Shown here one piece after another: positions 39,533 through 52,746 of a stretch of DNA of 64,000 nucleotides (the first letter of the stretch is position 1; every line of letters begins with the position of its first letter). The notes beneath the pieces were generated by a model, which saw nothing but the letters and a program-made list of their open reading frames with translations, searched no databases and was not told the origin of the DNA. The stretch is from Tubulanus polymorphus (taxonomy: Eukaryota > Animalia > Nemertea). The stretch covers positions 13,858,485-13,922,484 of the forward strand of contig NC_134027.1 in NCBI RefSeq assembly GCF_964204645.1. The letters run 5' to 3'. The translations under genes and the position numbers were made by a program.

Positions 39533-40238
39533 TGTGAGAGAGTGATTTTTGGACTCTTTATTAGCACTGTATAGTGGCGCCTCCATTCAGTGCACCCTCT
39601 TTATAGTGTGGTCTATAGTCTCCACTCTGGTATAGGAAATCAAACGACATGGTCTGATTTCTACCTGCTGTCATAAATAAATTCTATCTTATCTAATTTC
39701 GATCTCATGTTATGTTTATTTAGGTAAGTTGATATAACTAATATTATACAGTATTCATTATTTGTCATAATATAGTTGTGTTAGACCGTGTTTTATTGGA
39801 GTAAGAGGTTTTTGATGGGTTTTATCCTGGAAGGAAATTTTCCGGGTTTTTGTATGACCTTGACCGCCATATTTGTGGGAAGTTTTAGTCTCCACTCTGG
39901 TATAGGAAATCAAACGACATGGTTTGATTTCTGCCTGCTGTCGTAAATGAACTCGATCTTATTTAATTTCGATCTCATGTTATGTTTATTTAGAGTCGGC
40001 GTCGTCGGACAGTGGAAGCTGTGAGGATCAACTCAGATACTGAGGATCGTAACTCCGGGACTCGTCAGAGAGGATTCACTGTGGAGACAGCAGTCGCTTC
40101 GTGCGAACCTCCTTCGCCCAGTATGCAGATTCGCCTTCAAGAGCTCGAGTGATATGTAATAGATTCGACAGGGCAGGCTAAGAGAATTTGTAAGGAAAAG
40201 CTCTGTAACCTGTGTTCGTGAGAAAAAGCTCTGTCACA
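39533..40238 (+). repeat. Gypsy 3' LTR (706 bp)
   Basis: Preceded by PPT agcagcgggagag; same termini as the 5' LTR. Confidence 0.92.
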
Positions 40239-40435
40239 ACAGTAAGTTAGTGTGAAAGAAGCACCCACTTTTCTGTTTGTGGTATCGACTATACCAATGC
40301 ATTATATATCATACATTATATATCACACATTTAGAACTCGTTAATGATATGAATACTGATACTGACGAATTTTGATGACGTTCTCGAATTTTTCGATGAC
40401 ATTCTATACCTTTGGAAGTCATGAAATCTCTCACT

Positions 40436-40815
40436 TGAAAGGCTGAATCCAAGAACTTTTGAGCCCGAACGTCTACTTTTACTTAGTAGCCACTTAAAAA
40501 CAATAAGCAATTAACGATATCGGCTACTTTTCCAGTAGTATACATTTCAAAACAGTCACTCTGAAATAGTATTCCTTTCAATTCGGTTGGTTTTCTATAG
40601 TGGCTGTTTCGAAGTCTACTATTGAAAAGTGACCATTTTGAAACATCTGGTTTCGATAGTGCACACTGGCAGTAGAGGTGACTGTATAACCACCCGCCTG
40701 TTAACAGTGACTTAGTGATAGTAACTCCTACCATAGCAGCTACTCTCAAAACACATCGTTTCTAAAAAAGTGGGCTCAAAAGTGCGATAGACATGTTCTT
40801 GGATTCAGCCTTTCA
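40436..40815. mobile_element. MITE inserted in the BEL remnant
   Basis: TIR tgaaaggctgaatccaagaac / gttcttggattcagcctttca. Confidence 0.8.
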
Positions 40816-41234
40816 CTTGTGTCGATGCAAACAAATCTCTCAGCATTGTCTTCAACGTTTGTCGTGTGTTTTGTTGTGGTTTTGGCTAAGATGGCGGACA
40901 GAATATCTTGTCGCACTTCGAGAACGTCATCAAAATTCGCCTACCGGAAGTCAACAAGAGAAAATCCGCGTCAGAGACGTCGTACTGATTCGTGACGATA
41001 CGCCGACGATCAACTGGTAATTGGCAGTCGTAGAAAAGTTAACCGCGGGAACGACAACATGATTAAGTAGACCTATAAATAAACTGTATTATCTAGAAGT
41101 CAATTCTCCCGAGGAGTTACAAAATTTGCGTAAATCTGTATCAATTCCTAGTGTTTGTGCGTTACCTAGACGTGCCGCAGCCCTTAAAGCCTTAGATTTA
41201 ATTAAGTCATTAAGTCATTAATTTGCAGCCAGAG

Positions 41235-41588
41235 TGTCATGAATAAGATTATCAGTTATATTGTCATATTGAATTGTTGAACTTCACACATTTGTAGAAC
41301 TGCGTGAACTATACTAGAATGTACGGAGCCTTTAACTGTAACTAAAACTATTCAACTGTATCTGTGCATTCCTCTATAAATACAGAATAGAATTCTATAG
41401 TAGCTGTCACATTAACAGTAAACCACGTAGTCGTCGTTCGTTCAATCTCTTTAACTTTCTGCTTACCGGTCGAACCTACCCCTCAGTATGAAGACAGTAT
41501 GAAAGGAGCATAAACTAGGTTGAATCACTTCTAAAACATGCCTCAAACAATGATTCACAAGGTAGTAAAGCTCGTTCACTGTATGACA
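41235..41588 (+). repeat. BEL/Pao 3' LTR
   Basis: TGTCAT...ATGACA termini after a purine-rich gcagccagag. Confidence 0.7.
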
Positions 41589-43008
41589 TAACTTCCGGTT
41601 AGTTCCGTCTATCACCACAGTATAGCGCCACATCACGAGAAGGGTGTATACTTACTTTACATGTAGTAGTCATGCGCAACTGCGTGATCATACACAGTAG
41701 AGGGTTTTCCCCAATGACTCAAACAGACACCCCTCAGAATGTTACTACTATTGACAGATGTAAAATCAAATCTTTTTAATTCACTGCTATTCACTAATTT
41801 CACAGTTTATCACAAAGGCCTGGATTGCCGCCACATACTTTTTATAGATTTCAACATATATGGTTAATAAGCGCACATCAAAAAATATTTAGCCCGGGCG
41901 TACACTTCCATTAACACACTTCACAGAGGTTCACGCGTGGAGAAAATAGGTCATTTCAGCTGAACTAATCAAAGATAAAAATACACAGGTAGGAGAACAC
42001 CTCCCTGATAAAAACAATGACATGGCCCCAGTAAACCCCAAAAAAATTTTTCAGGCATCGGTGGCAACAATGACATCAGTCACAGTAGCTAAGGGAACAT
42101 GTAGTTTCTCATTTATCAGCATTTTTAATGGTATTGGTACTTACCTGTGGCCACCTGACCAAATCCAATTTTTCAATATCCCACATGGCATCTACTTGCA
42201 CTGGAGATCACATACCTCACAGTGTTTTTATTTTAAGCGCTTTAGCCATTAAGTCATTAAGTAAAACAGCAGGGTCTCGACCAACTTTGACCGAAGGGCA
42301 AAACAGGGTTCATAGTTGTAAGGCTATGGGAAAAATAAGCACTTAAACGCACTTTTTTCAAACCTAAGTAAGCACCTTTTACATGAAAATCAGGCTAGAA
42401 ATTTTCAATGTCACTGCCCATCTTATGCAAAATTCACTGCCAACTGCAGCAACCTTTTAAGAAATGTGCAATTTTCCGAGCCAGTGACCAAATGCCTACA
42501 CTAAGGCCCATTAGATTGGTTGGAGTAGGCTACTGATTTTACCAACATAAATGAAAGGTAGAAGGGGAAAATAAAATTTACAATCTTGTATAAAATATAT
42601 TAATTTTTAAGATAACGGATCTATTAGAATGGAAGGGATCAGAGCTTCCTTCGTTGAGTATTATCCATGTAAAATCTTGGAAGGACTGCAGAAAAATTAA
42701 GACTGAAAACTGGATTGGATTGAATTAAATGATGGGAGAAATCTTACTTTTTTCAAATGATTAGATCATAAATGAAGAAAGAAATATCAGGAAAAAGTTT
42801 TTTTCAAAGTTAGATATGATAAATTCAAAGGGGATCTGTGCTCCAAGTAATTAAAAAAGCCTTCCATGTGTCCTCTTGAACCAAGATATTTGTAAAATCC
42901 GTCAATTGACAGGATCTCCGCGTAATCACACACAACTGCATGATGATAATTGGACAAATGTCTTGAACAATTTTGCATTGCTGGATATTATATCTGACGG
43001 TTGAAATG

Positions 43009-43153
43009 CCGTATTTTCCAGCTAATAAGCCGATTTTCTAGCCTCAGAATAAGCCTCGGCTTATTGTGCATGCATTAAGAAATCCATGTATTTCAGGCTA
43101 AAAAACTGCCCTCGGCTTATTGGCCGAGTTGGCATAATCTTCGGAAAATATGG
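43009..43153. mobile_element. Short mariner-type MITE remnant
   Basis: ccgtattttcc...ggaaaatatgg. Confidence 0.5.
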
Positions 43154-43298
43154 GATCAGCATTTGGTACAATGAATAAGGTGTCATACTCAACAAAATTG
43201 TCTATGAATGAATGCCTTGCAAAATAGATGCATATTCAATTGTTCCTGTTATATAACATACACAACTTCTAAACTTAAATAATAGTTATTTATCTTAC

Positions 43299-43413
43299 CA
43301 GTGAACAGATGTCAAGCCACCATCCACAAATGAGCGGGAAAATTCCAATCTCCACAACCACAAGTAATGATACTTTAACAACAACATAACACAAACCAAG
43401 TAATCTTTTGGAT
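43299..43413 (-). CDS. MARCHF6: MARCHF6 coding exon (SKRLLGLCYVVVKVSLLVVVEIGIFPLICGWWLDICSL)
   Basis: ctctag/gtaaga, 115 nt; nearly identical to the TEB4-Doa10 (TD) domain. Confidence 0.95.
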
Positions 43414-43783
43414 CTAGAGGAAAAATTATTGACATAACGTTACTATATTCTCTCAGCAAGGCATACAAATTAAACTCCGTTTAGGTCATATTTTTTTCAT
43501 AACGGAGACAAATCTACGATTTAACTATGGCTAACATTAGTCAGATATTTGTATTTCATTACAAAATTTGCCATATACATGAATATCTTTGATGTTTGGT
43601 GAGACAATGCAATTGTCTTTATGTGTGCTCACTTCATCACATGAAGGCGTAAAAAGCATAGGTGAATGAATAAACTTCTCCCTTTAGCCCAGATGATTAA
43701 TGAAACCCCCCGAGATGACATTCTTGAGTTCTGGTCCTGTCCAGCATGCTTGTTCACCTTAAGCTCAATGTATTAAAATGTCC

Positions 43784-45654
43784 AAATAAATTGCCCATGG
43801 GCAAAGTGTGGTTTACCTTGAAAGCTAGAGGTTGTTTGGAGTAAGGGCATTGCTTGAAAAATCTTTTTAATTCATGACTTCAAAGTTCTAGAAGTTAATA
43901 TTGTATTTTATCTCTCTTAAAGAATTATTTTGTTGTCAAATAAGACCAAAGATAAACATTTGTTTATGGTCTACGCCCAAAATTACGTAGGGTACAGGTA
44001 GGCGCGGCAGGGAAACTATTTTATAATTTACATAAAAATATTTTTGACAATGTGAAAAAATATTCAAATCAAATTCATATGATGTCACATATCAGAGGGT
44101 GGCTGAATATTGAGTCTTGGAAACGAAACCTCTTCCAATGTATGGCCGCTGAAGCTAAAACACCGGGTGTAGTATGAAACAATACCTATGGCGACAGTGC
44201 TTCATCTAGCATTAAAAAAGGGCAGGGTGCTGATTTCAAATAAGGGCATTTTTGTGCATAATTCCATCGGAGCAAGGGCACATAATAACGCGGTCACGTC
44301 TGTTTTAGGGGCAAACTGCAATGTTCCTTATTGCATAGAATCGAGGTACCCCCTATTACAATTGAGGAATAGAAACTATGTTTAACTTTGATTTTGTCAT
44401 GAGTGACACACTTAACCACAGTACATCCTTATACCTATGCCTGTCAATGAAGAAAAGTTAATCTATATAGGGCTTTCAAAATGATTTGGAAAATCAGGTG
44501 CAGACAAAAAAATTGCAGAGAAAAGCAATCTCAAGTAGCAAATACAGCGAAAAAGAGCCAGTAATAGTGTATAGGCCTACATGAAATTGCATATTTTTAA
44601 TCTTAGAAATATTAAATTAATTGATTTAAATTGATAGTGTTAGTGATTGGCAAGTAACTGTTGATAATTGGTAAGCAGCCAGCTTAAGAACACATTATTG
44701 CTATTTTAGGCTACTCAAACTAATTGTCTGTGTGAGTCTCTCTGTCAGTTCACCGAACAAAGTTTTTCACCTTGTATATATATTTGTCTAATAGTCTAGA
44801 TAAAAAGATCCAGAGCATCACGATGTGTTAAAAACGAAAAAAAATCCATCGAATGTACACTACAAGCTTTACAGTGGCAGTCGCTAGAATGATTGGCAGT
44901 AGTTTGGAAGTCAGCCAATTTCCTGGAAACTTAAACTAGGCCACGCGTCTGAGGCACGTTTTCACACGATGCACACTGACTGCAGTACATTTGAATATAA
45001 CCACTGATCACATGAGCTAATATCGTTGATATCATACGAGATATTTCATAGCCGTCGCAGGAAACTTACTAACAGTCGCATGCGTCGGCTTATTTTGAAA
45101 GCCCTGACTCATTACTCGTGACTGACAATGGCAGGATGGCGGACCTACGGCAAGTGATGAGGGCACAAGGGCGAGCATGGGACACATCTGAAGGGCACAA
45201 GGGCAGCTATTTTCGGGGGCGGGACGGACCGCCCTTCTATTTTTGGCTAGATGAAGCACTGGGCGATATGTATAATAACCAGCAACGAGCATTTAAGATT
45301 CGCACATATACGGCACCTAGTCCAGTGAAACGTTCGCCATTAATGGCTTTCCCAAAATTATTTTAGTAGCACAAGAATTCCCCGTATATCCCAAAAACAG
45401 CCAATCATATTCGCTCAATCGAGGTCATTGCAATTTTATACGCGAGAGCTAAGAATTTTCCTGCCAAAAACAGTTTTTCGTCGAATTTAAACGAAGTTGA
45501 CCATGTCATTGACGGAGGTTCGTCATGTCTTCAATCGCATCAATTATATGTCGTTTAACCCGAGAACCAATGAAAAAAAGCACACATAAAAAAACGATTT
45601 TACAGGAATTGGCTCAATGCCAACCTCATACTGCTGACAAAGGTATACCAAAAA
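43784..45654 (-). mobile_element. Helentron-type element family A copy 3
   Basis: Same ends as copies 1 and 2; interrupted by a hAT MITE. Confidence 0.82.
44195..45261. mobile_element. hAT-type MITE with 5-bp TSD
   Basis: 16-bp TIR cagtgcttcatctagc; ggcga duplicated; single ggcga at the empty site in copy 2 (~17488). Confidence 0.88.
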
Positions 45655-46575
45655 TACATTCATGACGGTAAAAGTTTTCACATATATTCAGTGACTAGAA
45701 ACAAACAAAGCATTTAGAGTTCCAGATAAGATAAACAGAATAATGCTCTTTTGTATAAATCACCAGTGAGACTTTTTTTTTCAAACAGTACTGTGTTACT
45801 CATATTGTTGAGATTGTCAAACTTGAAAGCACCCAGAGGAGGGTGACGAAGATGCCTAGAAACATCATAATTTTTACGGAGTAAAATTTGTATTTCTGAG
45901 GGATACTTATGTGGGGGGCACATATTAGAAGTTGCCTTAGCTTGGGAACTATACCGCTCAACATTTTTTGGAATACCCGGTACCGTACGGTGGCGCCGCT
46001 ACGAGCCACGTGACTCAATTTCTTCCGAAACTCAGTGCAAAGAGCCGAGCGGGGAAGGCGGGCGGGAAACTCCTGTGCCCCATGTAAGTATCCCTCAGAA
46101 ATACAAATTTTACTCAGGAAAATTATGATATTTCCTTCAGGGTACATTACGTGGGGCAGATATTAGAAGGATTAGCCAAGGACCAGGCGGCGGGTAAGGC
46201 TTCCAAGATATTTGTGTAGGCGAAACCCAAAAATAACGCTTGTTCAACAATGAAAAACTAACCCCGGAAACCGTGCAAAGACTGAATCACCAACAAGACC
46301 TGCGTTCCGCGGTGAAAACAAAGGCCCTGCAAAGATAATTACCTGCATCCAGCATGCGGACTCTAAACTAGACTCACGACCAGAGCAAACAGATAAAATA
46401 TGTACATGTATACACAGATCTAAATCTAATCTAACCTGTAACCATGCAAAATATATATATATATATCTTGCAGCCCATGGGAGCGAATGAAACCAACACA
46501 CTCCCAAAGAGCTTGGCAGAGACCCCCCGGCCTAAGCTGCCAAACAGAACTGCAAAAATCAAAACAAAACATAAA

Positions 46576-47427
46576 TCAATCATTTTGATTTGGATCAAAA
46601 GGATCTGATGAATGACCGGGATAAGAACTAGCGTGAGCAGACCCTGAAGGAAAAACCCGAACACCCTGTACAATGACAGCTTGGCCCACTGCGGAAAGAG
46701 AACCCAGCTGCCCCGAAATATCCTTCAAATAAAAGGAAGCAAAGGTATTCTGACTACTCCAGAAAGCCCCTCGACAAACCTTTTTGATGGAGGCGCCTGA
46801 AAATGCTGCCCATGAAGTCGGCATCAAACGTACCTGATGACTGACAACTCGAGCAGGCTCGGCACTACCGACGATAAAGCCTCACAAATTAGCTCTGCGA
46901 CCCAGCGACTGTTCATTCAGTGATATAAACAACCAATCTCTCTCTCCCTGAAGTGAGGCTGTCAGACGCAAATAAAATCTTAAAGCACCCGCACCGGACG
47001 AAGCGCCCGGTCAGGAAGGTCTGATTGAACCCTATGAGTCAGAGCCTCTACCCTCCACTGTCTACCAACCGCACCCGGTCTTTGATTCTAAGCGATAACG
47101 TTGAGGAAAGGGTGGAGAACAAAAAAACTATAACCTGGGCCGAAAACGATATGACCAGATCATTAACCGAGTCGTTATTGCATGAATCTCGGACCTCCTG
47201 GCCGACATGGCCAGAAAAAGAAGAAACACTGTCTTCTTAGTCAGTTTAGAAAGACTCACTTCAGAGAGGGGTTCATATGGAGGAGCCATTAGAAACCTTA
47301 GGACCACCCCTATGTCTGAGAAACCCGCAATGAGCTGAGAAATACAGGGATCAGTAGTTAAGTCCTGGATACCAGCCGCACTGAAAGTATGGCCAAAAGC
47401 GGACCGGTTACCCTTAATAGTTACCAC
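46576..47427 (-). pseudogene. DIRS tyrosine recombinase remnant
   Basis: PYEPL..LTKKTVFLL.LAMSARRSEIHA; HQVR..TSWA..AFWSSQNTFASFYLKD. Confidence 0.85.
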
Positions 47428-47519
47428 CTGCTGCCTCTTAACCTCAAAAAGAAAGAGGAAAAAATCAGCGAGAGCGGCTACAGTGGGAGAACCTGGTGGC
47501 GAACAGATCTATCAATGGA

Positions 47520-48330
47520 TCGCCTACCAGGGACCCCACTCAAACTGCCATCCCTGGATGAAGGGACCATTCCGTAGAATTTGCCACATCCTGATGGGAG
47601 AGGGCATCGGCAACAACTTTCCTCTTGCCCGCCAGGTGAACCACAGACAGGTGAATCCCTCGGGCCTGACACCAGAGGAGAATCTCCTTGGTAAGGTCGG
47701 TAAGCGTAACCGATCTGGTGCCTCCCTGGTTCTGAAGATAGGCCCTGACCGTCTGATTGACGGTGGCTAACCACACGTGTCTGCCTATCAACCTCCTGCG
47801 AAAGAACCCCAGAGCCTTGCGGACCGAGCTTAGACCGAAAGGGAGAGCTGAGAACTGGTACTGGTGACCCTTCCACTTGACCTGCTGGTAACGACGCGAC
47901 TTGGGGTGAATCGGCACCTGAAAGTATGCATCCTTCAAATCGATTGACGACGCCCATTGACCGGGGGGGGGGGGGGGGGCGCCTGAACTACCTGCTGCGG
48001 TGTGGTCATGCGAAACTTCGGCACCCTGAGATGCTTGTTGAGGACAAGTCTATCACAGTGCGTAGGCCTCCTGAAGCCTTGGGCACTGTAAAGACTCTTG
48101 AGTTCCAGCCCGGAGAGGACTCGTTTTGAACCAGCTGGAGAGCACCATTCTGGAGTAACTCCTCCATAGCAGGGGTAATATGTGACTCTTGACCCCTCTT
48201 GGGTTGCATGTCTAGATGCTGTTTCATCAGGTAAGGCTTTGATTCGAACTGTAGACGGAAACCTTTCGAGACTACTCTTGTGGCCCATCCGTCTCCAAAC
48301 TCTTCGGACCAGCGCCCATGACCCTCAATG
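47520..48330 (-). pseudogene. DIRS RT/RNase H remnant (YxDD region deleted)
   Basis: SRVFTVPKASGGLRTVIDLS; LKDAYFQVPIHP..YQFSALPFGLSS fused directly to RNase H ..HLAGKRKVVADALS. Confidence 0.85.
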
Positions 48331-51300
48331 CTGGGATTTCCCAAAGGGTTTTGCAGAGGACTTTCCCCTACCCTTACGCTTGAAGGACCTGACCCTTCCT
48401 TGGCTACCCGCCCAAGACGAAGCCCAGAAAAAGACGAATCCTGACTCTGTGGAAGAACCAGGGTCGCTACCGCACTAGCAGTCTGCACCGGCTTCCTTGG
48501 AATCTTGAAAGGTCGATAAGACTTCGCCTGCGAATCCTTGATTTTTTGGTACTCCGCTACCACTGGGGCACACCAGCCCGAACAAAGGCCATTGGAGTGA
48601 CCCAGCGGGGCCCGGAACAGAGAATCTTGGGTCACCTCTGGGAGCTTAGAGCCAAAATCTTTTATCTAACAGGTCCTTGCCGCCAGAATCATGTTAGCAT
48701 GAGCCCTGACTGCAAGAAGATTGCATGTGACGCTGACCGTCCCAGCGACTGGATTATCCTATCCATACCGGCCAGAGCAGACGCAACCTCAGAGGGATCC
48801 GCAGACTCCTTTACAGTAGGGACTGAACTCCCTGAGCTCACCAATCAGTGACAGGAAGGCCATATCCTGGAAACTCCCGATTCTTGTGATATTCTCCAGG
48901 AATGAAAATGAAGAGACCACCCCGCCTTAGGCATTTGAATGTTAAGGACGGGGCGACCGAGAGTGCAGACAAAATTGACCTAACATCCGCGTCAACCGAG
49001 CCATACAATCGTTCAGTTGACCCGGGCGTACTTTAGTAGGATGCTAACGGGGAATCTGCGGCTCAGTGAGAAAAACTTTCCCTGCATGAGCCAGGCGGAG
49101 GATAGGCTAACCCAGTCGGCCGATCCTAAGCCCACTAGTGTGTATCGATCTGAGTCCACTCGGCCTTCACTGCAAAGGACTCGCGAAGAGCATGAGGGTC
49201 CCGTGTGGAGGCAGCATACGAGGCCATACACTCTGCCGGATCCACGGACTTAAGAGGTTTAGGCACAGTGGCACCATGCTTGCGGAAAACCTCTGAATGT
49301 GAGTGTGCGAAAAGGCCTATCCACTGGCGCCGAACAGTCTAAATAGTGGCGACCAAGCCCGAAGGGCTGGGTGGTCGGTTGATCATTACTGACGAACGGG
49401 GATCGGTCACACCGGATGGGATTGAAGGTGATGACTCCCTAGATCCCGAACGCGTGCCAGGACCTACCTCCAAGGAATACTCATCAAAATCCTTGGGATC
49501 AGGGACATTGAGGGGAACATCCTCAGGACAGAGTTCTCCGACTCGGACGACGATGGCCGCGAAGCTCGAGATCCTGACGGGCCGAGATGGCCCTTTACCG
49601 AATCCAATAGGATTCGTATTTCCGCCTGAAAAGCCTTAAAATCCTCAGCGAAAATGAAGTCGGACGTGGAGGCCGCCGGCTCAGGAGATAAAGACCTCCT
49701 GCGACGGTTCCTGAAAAATCGTCGAGGGCGAGGTGCTGGACCAGGCGCGTGCCCTTCTTCGTCGATAACGGTCATACGTTTCCTACTTGAAGAGGTCATA
49801 CCCGACGGCGAAGGGTAATACCTACTCCGCCCCTCTCCAGGGGACCGATACACTGACGAGCGGGCTTGCGGGGAAATTCGTGACTCTGATTTCCCTGTGG
49901 AGGCTAAAATACCGGGCCCAGCCGAGCGACTCGAAACGAGTCCTGATTCAGGTCTATCTGAAATCCCGATTGCGGACAAGGCTTTTAATAGGCACAGCCA
50001 CGGAACCCGGGCCCCGATAAGAATGGGTAGCCGGAGCCGAAGCACGGACGGTTTTATCCGGTGCCGCCTCGTTAAGGCCAGACTGGGACCCAGTGGAAGG
50101 TTCAAACTGGGACGGAACCGGAGCAGAATCGGGAACCAGTATGAGCCGAGGTTTAATGGCCTGTTGTACCACTGTCGCAACTGAAGTGACGGTGTGGTTG
50201 GCAGAAACCCGACGACTCCACGACTTTCTTAGCCGTCTTGCTGCGGGATTGTTGCCCCGAACTTTCGGCCAAGGGCTCCTGCAAGGGAACGTTGGCCTGC
50301 ACCCCTACTGGAGGTCGAACCGCGCCAGTAGGAGAGGAGGTACTGGACGATTCATGAACCCGAGAACGGGCTTTGTTATCTCTAGAATCCGACATATTTA
50401 TTGATTGCCGAAACAAAAGCAACAATAAACGACTCCCAAAAAAAATTTACCTCAACTTAAATTAATTATCAGAAATAATTATTAATGATTGGCGAAAAAT
50501 TAATCTTAAATTAAAACGATTATTAGAAATATTTTAATTAATGTATTTCCCTTAATTAATATTTCCTAAATCAAACCTATTATATGCGGTTTGAACTCGG
50601 ACTACTTGCTAATCGAGAAGCCCTGTGAAACCTCCCTGAAAAACGAGAGGAAGTGAACACGTGGTCAGAGACTGATGCCCCGGCTGTGAGAAAATCCGAT
50701 CGATTTATAGACGCATGTGAATCGTAAGACTTATTGGAATGAACTCACTGAAGAACCGGAGGTGCTAGCTTGGTCCTGGACCAACAAAACTACCAGTCAG
50801 CTTGAACACAAACTCAGAATAACGTCTAAGCAGCAGCTCCTTTGGAAAAGCGCACCAAAAATAGTGGTGCTAAGGAAGAAATTGAGTCATGTGGCTCGTG
50901 GCGGCGCCACCCGACGGTACCAGGTATTCCAAAAAATGTTTAGGGGTATAGTTCCCAAGCTAAGGTAAGTTCTAATATGTGCCCCACGTAATGTATCCTG
51001 AAGGCATCTTCGCTAGGAAGATTGATTACAAGTACTCTACCTCCCGAGTCTATTCAACAGAAGACTGTGTGGAGACATGATAGAAACGTACACATATCTC
51101 CATAAACTCAGCTCTCCAAGCAACTATGGTCTATCTATAAGTCTATCTGATCAAGAGAAAGAAGGGACACTTTCCACAGATAATTAATAAAGTTGGCTCA
51201 TATGAACTACTTGCAAATAAATTGTCAAGGTGGACATTCTGGACTACATTATTTCTCTAACTGAAGATACTGTACAATGCCACTCATCCAGAAACTAGGG

Positions 51301-51671
51301 TTTCGATGCCACTGGGAACATATACTGAAACCGATGGCCTTGAAACTGACCACAATCATCGAAGCTGTCGTAAGCTACAAATTTTGCATTTTTGAAATTA
51401 TATGAGTTTTCCAAGCACTTAGAGCAATCTTGAACCCATGGATGACTATTATATTGTGGAAGGTAATGGCTATTTGCAATGTGGCAAAACCTCATGACAT
51501 CTCATGCATGACAGGTCGAGCCCCGAATTATTGCAGTTAAAATGTGCCAATGAATGCTCACTAAAAATCATTAAAAGTGTTTAATATCTGAAGGCATTCG
51601 CCACATACGCATGGCAACAGTAGTAAGCCTATGCATTGTGTCCCAGAAAATGGTTCCTCCGAAATGATTAA

Positions 51672-52133
51672 CCCATAAGCACTCAGGAATTGCAATGCAG
51701 TGTCAATTACTCCTCAGAAAATTCAAGGTTCTAAGTTCATCACGATACCAAATAGCTCATTTGCTGTTTATTTCCATGCATTACAAGTTTTGTAGTAAAT
51801 ACTCTAGGCTTTTATACGATGTATGATTCGATGAGGTGGGCCATCAAAATCATGTCCTTTTGGGCCCCCGAAATTCATCCAAACTAACTTGGATTTGTAG
51901 TGAGCGCTCAGATGTATCATGTTCAAACTCGAAATACTCGAGAAATTGAAATAGGAGGATGTTGATTTCTGGTTGGTATTTCGAGGACTTAGGTATGTAG
52001 TTTATCATAAGCTATTGGGTTCGAATCCCACAATAACTGTTTTGTGCAGCATACGAAAAAAGTGCCGGGGCGGATTCGGGCGGCTTGAGGAGTAGTAAGC
52101 AGGGCGTATACGGGCGACTTGAGTGCTAATGGG
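51672..52133. mobile_element. piggyBac-type MITE
   Basis: TTAA-cccataagcactca ... tgagtgctaatggg-TTAA. Confidence 0.8.
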
Positions 52134-52636
52134 TTAAATATTGATTAGGTAATCTATACTAATAGATAAATTTTTCTGATGGATTTGTAATCAGTAGGAT
52201 GGCTTCTTTTCATATTAGGGATAATGGGTCATGTAGATCTCGTCCGGCTGGTCATCAAAGACTAACTATGAAGCGGCCTATCTTACTTCAAACCAAATTG
52301 GCGAAGCTTATAAAGATAATATCATAGTGCACTGTGTAGTAAGCATGTTCAACTTTGATGACATGAGGCCAATATCAAAGCCAATATTGGCCAATCAGCG
52401 ACACCGTTGTAAAATTCAAGTACCAGTTGTACTAGAACCCAGACTGGTTTGGGACCTTGGACCTGGCTCTTAATTGAAAACAATAGCCCGCTGGAACTTA
52501 AGTCTCAAGTGGGCTTAAGATTGAGATAACAGCCATTTCAATGACGACTCATACAGGGTTTATCATAGAATATTTCAAGAATAGAAAAAGTGTATAGTTT
52601 GTAAACCCTTTTTCCATTGCTTCTTGTGATGATTAC

Positions 52637-52746
52637 CTTTTAAATCCAGTTATAGAAGTTAATGCATGTAAAACTATAAGAGCTGCAGCGAATATAACAT
52701 AGCCAATCAGAGTTGTCACTGTACCCTCAAATTCAGATGATGAAAT
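52637..52746 (-). CDS. MARCHF6: MARCHF6 coding exon (ISSSEFEGTVTTLIGYVIF...GFKR)
   Basis: tttttag/gtaatc, 110 nt; matches FEGLITTIVGY. Confidence 0.9.

Larger units (their letters stand above)
28653..40238 (+). mobile_element. Gypsy LTR retrotransposon (decayed, both LTRs present)
   Basis: TG..CA LTRs, 4-bp TSD acag (28649-52, 40239-42), PBS, PPT, gag and pol remnants. Confidence 0.93.
28040..41588 (+). mobile_element. BEL/Pao LTR retrotransposon 3' remnant, split by the Gypsy insertion
   Basis: Integrase zinc finger HQGINDTVTYIRQRYWIPAIRQRV..CITC (28490-28640) resumes after 40242 (FSVCGIDY); FWLRWRTEYLVALRERH..DVVLIRDD..RPINKLYYLE tail; left boundary approximate. Confidence 0.8.
45858..51004 (-). 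mobile_element. DIRS1-type tyrosine-recombinase retrotransposon (decayed)
   Basis: ITRs ~45901-46026 and 50874-50998; ICR 46075-46170; gag-like region, RT, RNase H and YR remnants. Confidence 0.92.

Noticed and set aside
47389-50404. Many overlapping plus-strand ORFs in the GC-rich block
   Set aside because: Antisense shadows of the GC-rich DIRS coding region.
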